From the NCBI RefSeq assembly GCF_003334355.1, contig NZ_QOWP01000021.1: a DNA stretch of 64,000 nt, one strand, 5' to 3'. Numbering within the stretch: position 1 is the first letter of the stretch; every line of letters starts with the position of its first letter. This DNA is from Escherichia coli. Its GTDB lineage: Bacteria > Pseudomonadota > Gammaproteobacteria > Enterobacterales > Enterobacteriaceae. Shown here piece after piece: positions 34,076 to 42,064 of this stretch. The translations under genes were made by a program, and so were the position numbers. The notes below the pieces were generated by a model. The model was not told the DNA's origin, searched no databases, and saw only the letters and a program-made list of their open reading frames with translations.

Positions 34076-35017
34076 ATGGATGCACTGCATGTCGCGCTTG
34101 AAAATCTGATTAGAGATGATGGTCAAACACTAAATAGTTATTTTAGTGAAGTTAAAGTTAATTCATTGATTGAAAATACAAATGCAACTTGTCATTTTCA
34201 TTGCCTTAATCTTGATGGCAATGGACGTCCTCGGGTAGACGCGTTAATCCAATTCTTGAACGATAAAGTAGTTGATTATGCTATTCCAAGGAAAAAAATC
34301 AATGAGGCAGTGCAATATTTTAATGAAACACAATCAACAGCGAAAATAACAAAATTAGCAAATCAAGCAAAAAGATTATTTACTAGGCTTGCAAATAGTG
34401 GCGAAGGCGGTGAATTTATCCTTTTTTTATTTGCAGAGCAATTCCTTAGATTTCCACAAATTATTTGCAAAATGAGCCTGAAAACGAGTTCTCAAATGCA
34501 TTACCATGGTGCAGATGGAATACATATAGGCGTAGATAAAGATAATAAAAAATTATGTTTATACTGGGGCGAGTCTAAACTCTATTCCAGTCTGAGCAAA
34601 GGTATTTCTGAGTGTATGGATAGTATAGCTCCATTACTTCAAAGTTCTATGGGAATAGAAGGCGCTGAGACACGTGATATGCAGTTGCTGGAGTCGCACT
34701 TAAATGTTGATGATATAGAACTAGAACAAGCGTTGAAAAGATTCTTAGATCCTGATAGCCCGGATTTTAATAAATTGGAATACAGAGGAATATGCTTAGT
34801 TGGGTTTGATCTTAAAGATTATCCACAAGGGCCCAGTTCAATTGATATCAGTGAACTAGTTGCTTTGATTAATACTAAAGTCGGGAAATGGTCAACTAGT
34901 GTGCAAGGTGGTATAGTTAATAAAAAACTTGATCGCTTTGCTATGCATGTTTTTATTCTTCCTTTTCCTTCAGTAAAAGCATTTAGGGCTAGTTTAATTA
35001 AAGCATTGGAGAGTTGA
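34076..35017 (+). CDS. Nuclease-like protein with D...ExK-type motif; HamA-like (DUF1837-type) candidate, component A of a Hachiman-like defense pair
   Basis: 313-aa AT-rich ORF; HYHGADGIHIGVDKDNKKLCLYWGESKLY (about 34508-34578) fits a PD-(D/E)xK-like catalytic signature; stop sits 1 nt before the helicase start. Confidence 0.55.
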   Translation: MDALHVALENLIRDDGQTLNSYFSEVKVNSLIENTNATCHFHCLNLDGNGRPRVDALIQFLNDKVVDYAIPRKKINEAVQYFNETQSTAKITKLANQAKRLFTRLANSGEGGEFILFLFAEQFLRFPQIICKMSLKTSSQMHYHGADGIHIGVDKDNKKLCLYWGESKLYSSLSKGISECMDSIAPLLQSSMGIEGAETRDMQLLESHLNVDDIELEQALKRFLDPDSPDFNKLEYRGICLVGFDLKDYPQGPSSIDISELVALINTKVGKWSTSVQGGIVNKKLDRFAMHVFILPFPSVKAFRASLIKALES

Positions 35018-35018
35018 A

Positions 35019-37601
35019 ATGTCGTTGCGAGATTTATCTGGGTGGTTGATTAAGAATCAAGGATTCTTAAGAAAATATCAGGCATTAGTCGCTAACTCGA
35101 TAAAAGATCAATTTCCAGAGTTAAAATCAGATGTAATCCCACAGATTAGTTCTGAGGATGTCGGCTATCTTTTAACATGTGCTAGTTCTTTGGCTTTCTC
35201 AAGTGATGAGAAATGCCAAGATGCAGCCTTAAGGATTGCACAGTATTGCTTATTGAATGAAAAAAGTGAAGCAAGAAAAGATAGTGCTGCATTAATTCTT
35301 GATTCATTATCTAATAATCCAGCAATACAACTTGCTGAAAATAGGGGGTATCTTAACCCTGATTTCGAAGAAAGATTACCCTTAAAGGCTCAGTTAGAAC
35401 TAACTAAAAGAAAAATTCTATATACAATTGAAATAGATGCTGATAAGCATATTTATGCTAATAGGTTTCAATCAGAGTTTTGGGATGCGGTACAAGAAAA
35501 CTCATGGGTTAGTGTCTCTGCTCCCACCTCTGTAGGAAAATCATTTATCCTGGAATCTTGGGTGGAGCAGTTTGTAAAAAGAAATAAGAATTGCTTAGTT
35601 ATTTATATCGTACCAACAAGGGCATTGATTTCAGAAGTATATTCTGAGTTGCAAAAACGTTTGGATCCTAATTTAACAAATATAGTTAATATTCAGACAC
35701 TACCATTGAGTAATGTATACCAGAGCGAAAAATCTAATGTCTTCATATTTACACAGGAAAGATTAAATTTATTCTACAATCATTTCTCACAAATTCCAAA
35801 GATAGACGTCTTAGTTGTTGATGAAGCACACAAGATCGGTGATGGTGGAAGAGGTGTTATTCTTCAACATGTAATTGAACTGACTTGTCTAAATAACCCT
35901 GATTCAAAAGTTATCTTTGCAAGTCCTTTCACCTTAAATCCTGAAATATTGCTCAGTGATGCTCCAATATTAAAAAACAAAAGAACTATAAAAAGTGACT
36001 ATGTTACAGTTAATCAAAATTTAATATGGGTAGAACAAAAACCACGCAAGACCAAAGATTGGTTGATGTATTATTTTGCAAACGGTGAAAAACGCGAGTT
36101 AGGAAACTTTTCTTTAGAAAATGCACCATCTCCTGAAAGTAAAAGATTGCCTTTTGTAGCTCTTTGTTTAGGTAAGGGGGCTTCTGGTAACGTAGTTTAC
36201 GTAAATGGAGCCGCTGAAGCAGAATCTACTTCCAAGCTAATATCTGCAAGTATAGAAAATGAGACTGAGGATGAAGAAATTTTAGCTCTCGTTGAGCTTA
36301 GTGAGACAATTATACATAAAAATTTCGCATTAAATCGCACTCTAAAAAAGAGAGTCGCTTTTCATTATGGCAACATGCCTTTAATAATAAAGGGCGAGAT
36401 TGAACGATTGTTTAGTAAAGGTAAGATTGATTTTTTAATTTGTACCTCAACTTTAGTTGAGGGCGTAAACATGGCTTGTAAAAATATTTTTATAAGAGGC
36501 CCTAAAAAGGGTAATTCAACCCCGATGCGAGAAGAGGATTTTTGGAATCTTGCTGGCAGAGCTGGTCGTTGGGGAAAAGAATTCCAAGGTAATGTCATCT
36601 GCATCGATAGCGACAATGAAAAAATTTGGAATGGAGAGCCTCCAAAAACCAAAAAAAATATATTTATAACTCGCGCCACGGATGCTATTTCCCATGACAT
36701 GGATAAGTTGGTTTCCTATATTTTTTCAGAGCATCATTTTGGTATGTCTGAGCGGAATCCTAATCTCCAGAGTCTATTTAGTTATTTATGTTCATCATTT
36801 TATTTTTATAATGGCTTGGATAATAATCCTTACATGGAAAAGTACAATATAAAAAATATCGATGTTTTAAATGAAGCAATATTTGATGTTTTTGATTCTT
36901 TAACTTTTCCACACGAATTGGTTGTGCGGCATCCTGGTATAAGCCCGCTTTTAATGCAAAACCTTTGGGATAGATTTTCGCGGGATACAAACAAACCTGT
37001 AGAGAGATTACTGCTTTCTGAACCTGGTAGTAATGATGCGTTAGATTCATATGTATCCGCATTCTCTAGAATTAGTGATACTCTGAGTAAGAAGCTAGGT
37101 TATAATTCAAAAGGAGCTTACGTACAGGCCTTGCTAGTTTCCAAGTGGATGAAAGGTTATCCCCTAGCAAGATTGATCTCGGATAGAATAAGATATAACA
37201 AAAAGAAAAATATTGTTTTCAAAGAAGCGACTTTAATACGAGGGGTTATGAAGGATGTTGAAGAGATCGCTCGCTATCAAGCTCCAAGGCTTTTAGGATG
37301 TTATAATGATTTATTAAAAAGCTTTTATCTTTCGATAGATCGCACAGACTTAGCAAAAGATGTTGAAGATATCGGTGTTTATTTAGAACTAGGTGTAAGT
37401 TTAAAAACTCAGATTTCACTAATAGGGCTTGGCTTTTCAAGAACTGCTGCTGTAATGATTTCAGAGCTTATTCCTAATGATAGTTTAGATGAGGAAGAAT
37501 GCATTAATTGGATTAAGGACAATAAAGTTGACATGGAAGAACTGCCACAATTAGTTCAAAACGAAATACATAATATATTTCGTAACTTTTGGGTACAATA
37601 G
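35019..37601 (+). CDS. SF2 DEAH-box helicase; HamB-like candidate, component B of a Hachiman-like defense pair
   Basis: 860-aa ORF with motif I APTSVGKSF (about 35521-35547), motif II VVDEAHK (about 35815-35835), motif VI LAGRAGRWG (about 36551-36575), followed by a roughly 300-aa C-terminal extension. Confidence 0.6.
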   Translation: MSLRDLSGWLIKNQGFLRKYQALVANSIKDQFPELKSDVIPQISSEDVGYLLTCASSLAFSSDEKCQDAALRIAQYCLLNEKSEARKDSAALILDSLSNNPAIQLAENRGYLNPDFEERLPLKAQLELTKRKILYTIEIDADKHIYANRFQSEFWDAVQENSWVSVSAPTSVGKSFILESWVEQFVKRNKNCLVIYIVPTRALISEVYSELQKRLDPNLTNIVNIQTLPLSNVYQSEKSNVFIFTQERLNLFYNHFSQIPKIDVLVVDEAHKIGDGGRGVILQHVIELTCLNNPDSKVIFASPFTLNPEILLSDAPILKNKRTIKSDYVTVNQNLIWVEQKPRKTKDWLMYYFANGEKRELGNFSLENAPSPESKRLPFVALCLGKGASGNVVYVNGAAEAESTSKLISASIENETEDEEILALVELSETIIHKNFALNRTLKKRVAFHYGNMPLIIKGEIERLFSKGKIDFLICTSTLVEGVNMACKNIFIRGPKKGNSTPMREEDFWNLAGRAGRWGKEFQGNVICIDSDNEKIWNGEPPKTKKNIFITRATDAISHDMDKLVSYIFSEHHFGMSERNPNLQSLFSYLCSSFYFYNGLDNNPYMEKYNIKNIDVLNEAIFDVFDSLTFPHELVVRHPGISPLLMQNLWDRFSRDTNKPVERLLLSEPGSNDALDSYVSAFSRISDTLSKKLGYNSKGAYVQALLVSKWMKGYPLARLISDRIRYNKKKNIVFKEATLIRGVMKDVEEIARYQAPRLLGCYNDLLKSFYLSIDRTDLAKDVEDIGVYLELGVSLKTQISLIGLGFSRTAAVMISELIPNDSLDEEECINWIKDNKVDMEELPQLVQNEIHNIFRNFWVQ

Positions 37602-37693
37602 TCTTATTTAGACGATTTTTTAAACAATCAATAGAGAAGTTTTTGAATTTTATCATTCTTCCAGTAACAAAAACTTCTCTTTTATAACACCGC

Positions 37694-38152
37694 TCAGGCT
37701 ATTCCAGAATAGGCTTTGCTTACTTCACTATGCCTTGTGCCGCAATGCCTCAAAATAACAAGGCCATGTTGCAGTAACGCCTCACTACGTTCAGGTTCAA
37801 ACCATTTCCCGTTAAATTTTCCTCCGTGAAAAAGATTGTTTCTTACACGGCGGATTAACAAAAAAAGAAATTTTGCTAAATCTTTTTCTTGTGGTAAAGA
37901 ATCATCCCAAACTAAAGAGTCATCTTCTATGATTTGTTTTTTGGGTGGGTGTTCTTTAAAGTAGGTGATAGCAGCAATTAGCTCTGGATCAGTTGTGTTA
38001 TTTATGATTTCAGAAACTTGCTTTGCATACTCATCCCAGTTCGCTTTAGCATCTTTTATTTTATGATGAAGTCCACATGCCTTAAGGCAATATTCGTAAC
38101 GTGAAAACTCTCTAAAGAATTCATAACATAAATTATCTAGATTATTCTCCAT
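37694..38152 (-). CDS. Small HEPN-like protein candidate (Rx4H motif), possible abortive-infection/toxin-type RNase
   Basis: 152-aa ORF with GGAG RBS; motif RRVRNNLFHGG (about 37823-37855) fits the HEPN R-x4-6-H signature; divergent from the helicase gene and adjacent to int. Confidence 0.45.
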   Translation of the reverse strand: MENNLDNLCYEFFREFSRYEYCLKACGLHHKIKDAKANWDEYAKQVSEIINNTTDPELIAAITYFKEHPPKKQIIEDDSLVWDDSLPQEKDLAKFLFLLIRRVRNNLFHGGKFNGKWFEPERSEALLQHGLVILRHCGTRHSEVSKAYSGIA

Positions 38153-38181
38153 GAACTATATCTCCATGTATAACAAGTTAA

Positions 38182-39381
38182 CTAATATTGATTGCGCTCG
38201 TACACTTTTTGGCCCCACCAATTCATAAGTCCTATTCGTTGCTCAAGGTAAGTTGAACGATTATATGCTCTGCGCACTTCATTTTTATCACTATGTGCAA
38301 GAGCAGCCTCAATTACATCTGCATTAAAACCCGCTTCATTTAATGCGGTGCTGGCAATTGAACGCAATCCATGAGCAACCAATCTACCACCAAATCCAAT
38401 CCTTTTTAAAGCAGCATTTGCCGTCTGGCTATTCATTGGTTGCTTTGGGTCATTCCGACTCGGGAAAACATGTTCACGATGGGCACTGATTAGCTTCATC
38501 ACATCAAGAATCTCTAATGCCTGAGGAGATAGAGGGACTATGTGTTCCCGCTTAGCCTTCATTCGTTCAGCTGGGATAGTCCAGAGCTTTGCATCGAGAT
38601 CGAGCTCAGCCCACCTAGCACCGGAAGCCTCAGAAGGACGAACTAGAGTCAGGAGTTGCCACTCAATGAGGCAGCGAGTCGGAACAGACAAATTTGACAT
38701 GACGAGAGAACGCATCAGCATAGGCAATTCTTCTGGGCGCAACGTAGGCATATTTTGTTTTTTTGGCTTCTCAAAGGCCATTCCAATGCCTGATGCTGGA
38801 TTGGCATCAATAAGACCAGTATTTACGGCATAAATCATTATCTCGTTAACACGCTGCACCAACCGGCGCACCGTCTCCAGCGCCCCACGAGCTTTGATCG
38901 GTTCAAGGGCTTCAACCAGTGTTCGGGCTTTGATTTGCTGGACAGGGATCTCCCCGATGGTGGGGAATACGTCTTTTTCCAGTGAACGCCATATATCTTT
39001 AGCGTAATCATGGGTAACGCTTTTGCTTTTGAGCTGGAACCAGTTAGCGGCGACCGTCGAAAAAATACTGTCCAGAGCGATTTGCTGCTGTTCCTCTGCA
39101 ACTTCAGCTTGAATTTGCGGGTCGATTCCGTTGGCTAATAGGGCAAGGTAATCTGCTCTTAACCCTCGGGCATCAGCAAGAGAAAGGGCAGGAAAAGCAC
39201 CAAGTCCCATCATAGTCCGCTGTTTTGTTGCTGGGCGTTGATAGCGAAAGCGCCAGAGTTTCTTGCCGCTAGTTTTCACTATCAGGAAAAGCCCATCGCC
39301 ATCATGCAGCGTTAGATCCTTCTCTAACGCTTTCGCGCGCAGAACTTCGGTGTTGGTCAGGGGGCGTGTTGTCCGTGCCAC
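38182..39381 (-). CDS. intA: P4-type tyrosine integrase (IntA/SlpA-like), GTG start
   Basis: 399-aa ORF ...HDGDGLFLIVKTSGKKLWRFRYQRP... with C-terminal catalytic HGLRSIASTAL and RRAYNRSTY (Tyr); starts about 185 bp from the ssrA 3' end. Confidence 0.9.
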   Translation of the reverse strand: MARTTRPLTNTEVLRAKALEKDLTLHDGDGLFLIVKTSGKKLWRFRYQRPATKQRTMMGLGAFPALSLADARGLRADYLALLANGIDPQIQAEVAEEQQQIALDSIFSTVAANWFQLKSKSVTHDYAKDIWRSLEKDVFPTIGEIPVQQIKARTLVEALEPIKARGALETVRRLVQRVNEIMIYAVNTGLIDANPASGIGMAFEKPKKQNMPTLRPEELPMLMRSLVMSNLSVPTRCLIEWQLLTLVRPSEASGARWAELDLDAKLWTIPAERMKAKREHIVPLSPQALEILDVMKLISAHREHVFPSRNDPKQPMNSQTANAALKRIGFGGRLVAHGLRSIASTALNEAGFNADVIEAALAHSDKNEVRRAYNRSTYLEQRIGLMNWWGQKVYERNQY

Positions 39382-39400
39382 TGTGGCCGCTCCTTCATGA

Positions 39401-39456
39401 ATTGGTATACGCTTTTAGGTATACATCCTACCGTATACCTAAACGTATACCAATAA
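39401..39456. promoter_or_regulatory. 56-bp palindrome in the int upstream region (candidate Int arm-type/operator sites)
   Basis: ATTGGTATACGCTTTTAGGTATAC ... GTATACCTAAACGTATACCAAT: the two 22-24 nt arms are near-perfect reverse complements; one arm recurs at 27210-27231. Confidence 0.45.
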
Positions 39457-39493
39457 TCATCGGATTTAGCCGGATGTTCTCGGACAACGACAA

Positions 39494-39530
39494 ACACAAA
39501 AAAGCCCGCAGGGCTTGTGCCATGCGGGCT
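39494..39530 (-). terminator. Rho-independent terminator downstream of ssrA
   Basis: On the minus strand gcccgca...tgcgggc hairpin followed by cttttttgt, about 35 nt past the tmRNA CCA end. Confidence 0.6.
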
Positions 39531-39565
39531 TTCTGTACTTCACCGGACGTATCCGGATCATTATT

Positions 39566-39928
39566 TGGTGGAGCTGGCGGGAGTTGAACCCGCGTCCGAA
39601 ATTCCTACATCCTCGGTACTACATGCTTAGTCAGTCTTTACATTCGCTTGCCAGCTGCGGACGGACACGCCACTAACAAACTAGCCTGATTAAGTTTTAA
39701 CGCTTCAACCCCAGGCAGGGCTTCCACGCGATCTCTTTTGGGTTTGACCTCTCTTGATCCCCGTCCTAAGAGCGGAGGCTAGGGAGAGAGGGCTCTAAGC
39801 AGGTTATTAAGCTGCTAAAGCGTAGTTTTCGTCGTTTGCGACTATTTTTTGCGGCTTTTTACGAGGCCAACCGCCCCTCGGCATGCACCTTGGGTTTCGC
39901 AAATCCCGTCGAATCCAGAATCAGCCCC
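39566..39928 (-). ncRNA. ssrA: tmRNA (SsrA), 363 nt
   Basis: Reverse complement reads GGGGCTGATTCTGGATTCGACGGGATTTGCGAAACCC...tag-peptide region...GGACGCGGGTTCAACTCCCGCCAGCTCCACCA, the E. coli tmRNA with tRNA-like ends. Confidence 0.95.
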
Positions 39929-40142
39929 AATGTGTAAAGGTAAGTATACCAGATTTATGAGCGCCATGACCAGCCTCAATGGCGTTATCGTTAAAGATTT
40001 AGCACCCATGTAGCCTGATTTTTATTCGATTAAGCAATGGGATGGCAACATTTGTGTCGGATGTGATAGCCAATAAGATGTTCATTCGCGCCGCCGGAGA
40101 GGGAGGCGCGGTGAGGAACTGGTCAATAATTGGAGTGCAGGT

Positions 40143-40625
40143 TTAACGGTGGGCGTTTTTCATGATACGCGCTTTATCCACCTGCCATTCGCGCTCTTTG
40201 ATATCTGAACGTTTATCGTGCTGTTTCTTACCTTTGGCGACGCCGATTTTCACTTTGCACCAGGCATTTTTCCAGTACAGGGAGAGCGCCACTACGGTAT
40301 AGCCTTCTCGATTGACGCGACCGTACAATGAGTCCAGTTCGCGCTGGTTGAGAAGTAACTTGCGGGTACGGGTAGGATCGCACACCACATGCGTGGAGGC
40401 CACTGCCATTGGCGTGATGTTTGCGCCAAACAGGAACGCTTCTCCGTCACGCAGAAGGACATAGCTGTCGCTGATATTGGCTTTTCCTGCGCGCAGGGAT
40501 TTAACTTCCCAGCCTTGCAGGGCAAGTCCCGCTTCGAACTCTTCTTCGATAAAGTATTCGTGACGGGCGCGCTTGTTAAGCGCGATGGTCGCTGAACCAG
40601 GTTTATGTGCTTTTTTCTTCGTCAT
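40143..40625 (-). CDS. smpB: SsrA-binding protein SmpB
   Basis: 160-aa [51 protein letters not shown].... Confidence 0.95.
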
Positions 40626-40756
40626 AAGCGTCGTGAATCATCGGTAATCTGAAATCGAAAACACCCCATATCAATCCTGCGGGGGACAAGGCTCTATCTT
40701 AGCATGAACCCGATGTTACCCAGCGCCGGGATAGCGTTTTTTTTACAGCAGGATAA

Positions 40757-41233
40757 ATGATATTATTTGTTGGATTTTTGTTGATGGAAATTGTTATGCC
40801 TCAGATTAGCCGGACCGCACTGGTACCCTACAGCGCGGAGCAAATGTATCAGTTAGTGAATGACGTTCAGTCTTATCCTCAGTTTTTGCCGGGTTGTACC
40901 GGAAGTCGGATTCTGGAGTCCACTCCTGGGCAGATGACTGCGGCGGTAGATGTCTCTAAGGCTGGGATCAGCAAAACGTTTACTACCCGCAACCAGTTGA
41001 CCAGTAACCAAAGTATTCTTATGAATCTGGTGGATGGGCCGTTCAAGAAATTGATTGGTGGATGGAAGTTTACGCCGCTGAGCCAGGAGGCGTGTCGTAT
41101 CGAGTTTCATCTCGACTTTGAGTTTACCAATAAGTTGATTGAACTCGCCTTTGGTCGCGTGTTTAAAGAGCTGGCGGCTAATATGGTCCAGGCTTTTACG
41201 GTTCGTGCGAAAGAGGTTTACAGTGCCAGGTAA
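40757..41233 (+). CDS. ratA: Ribosome association toxin RatA (YfjG/PasT), SRPBCC/polyketide cyclase-like
   Basis: ORF track 158 aa; core [34 protein letters not shown]...; start could be the internal Met. Confidence 0.8.
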   Translation: MILFVGFLLMEIVMPQISRTALVPYSAEQMYQLVNDVQSYPQFLPGCTGSRILESTPGQMTAAVDVSKAGISKTFTTRNQLTSNQSILMNLVDGPFKKLIGGWKFTPLSQEACRIEFHLDFEFTNKLIELAFGRVFKELAANMVQAFTVRAKEVYSAR

Positions 41234-41513
41234 AATTGCCGTTGAGGTGGCTTATGCGCTACCTGAGAAGCAGTACCTGCAGCGCGTGACGCTGCAGGAG
41301 GGCGCGACGGTTGAAGAAGCTATTCGCGCCAGTGGCTTGCTGGAATTGCGTACCGATATCGATTTAACTAAAAACAAAGTCGGCATTTACAGCCGTCCGG
41401 CAAAACTAAGCGATAGTGTGCATGATGGCGATCGGGTGGAGATTTATCGCCCTCTCATTGCCGATCCGAAAGAGCTTCGCAGGCAACGAGCAGAAAAATC
41501 AGCGAATAAATAA
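41223..41513 (+). CDS. ratB: RatB (YfjF), RnfH-family small protein
   Basis: 96 codons from GTG at 41223 ([38 protein letters not shown]...), overlapping the ratA stop; inside ORF-track ORF 41139-41513. Confidence 0.7.
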
Positions 41514-41520
41514 CAGACAG

Positions 41521-41551
41521 AAAAAAGGTGCTCATTGAGCACCTTTTTTAA
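41521..41551. terminator. Bidirectional rho-independent terminator between ratB and bamE
   Basis: aaaaa-aggtgctc-attg-gagcacct-tttttta: perfect hairpin flanked by A-run and T-run. Confidence 0.7.
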
Positions 41552-41574
41552 CGTCTTTGAGAGCAACTTTATTA

Positions 41575-41916
41575 TTAGTTACCACTCAGCGCAGGTTTGT
41601 TATCAATATTGGTCAACACACCGCTACTGTTAAAGGTCAGCGTCAGCGTTTGCTGCGTTACACCTTCATGACCTGGTTGCTGGCGGAAGACATAGAACCA
41701 GGTATTCGTACCAAATGGATCGGACATCAGCGGTGTACCCAATGCGTACGCAACTTGTTGTTGCGTCATGCCAACACGTATTTTGGATACGTCGTTAGCG
41801 GTCAGATAGTTCCCCTGGTTGATGTCAGGACGGTAAACCACTCGCTCCAGAGTGGAACAGCCTGCGGTCAACATCAATAGTACTGCTGCTGCAGCAGTCA
41901 GCGTTTTACAGCGCAT
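41575..41916 (-). CDS. bamE: Outer membrane protein assembly factor BamE (SmpA) lipoprotein
   Basis: 113-aa [31 protein letters not shown]... with lipobox LTAGC. Confidence 0.9.
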
Positions 41917-42064
41917 AGTGATTTGATTCCTTTTCGGGCCCGAGCAGTACGTGGCTCATCTGTAATATGCCGATGATAATAGACCTTTCATCACTTTAAA
42001 ACCTTTTGCTTTCCGGTCTTACGGCGTTTTGCTGTTTACTCTGACCGTGAAGCAGGAAAAAAGT

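Larger units (their letters stand above)
27200..39565. mobile_element. P4-like satellite prophage / integrative island beside ssrA (int, cargo, delta-psu-sid, alpA, alpha primase)
   Basis: Tyrosine integrase abutting the tmRNA 3' end, Ogr/Delta zinc-finger gene, AlpA regulator, P4 alpha-type primase-helicase, and arm-like repeats at both ends (27210-27231 and 39433-39454). Boundaries approximate. Confidence 0.75.

Noticed and set aside
35019-37601. Alternative identity of the helicase locus as Gabija, Druantia or DISARM
   Set aside because: Those systems need an ATPase/Toprim partner (GajA), a much larger helicase (DruE) or several additional genes; here the only partner is a small upstream nuclease-like protein, which fits a Hachiman-like pair better. 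This remains an inference.
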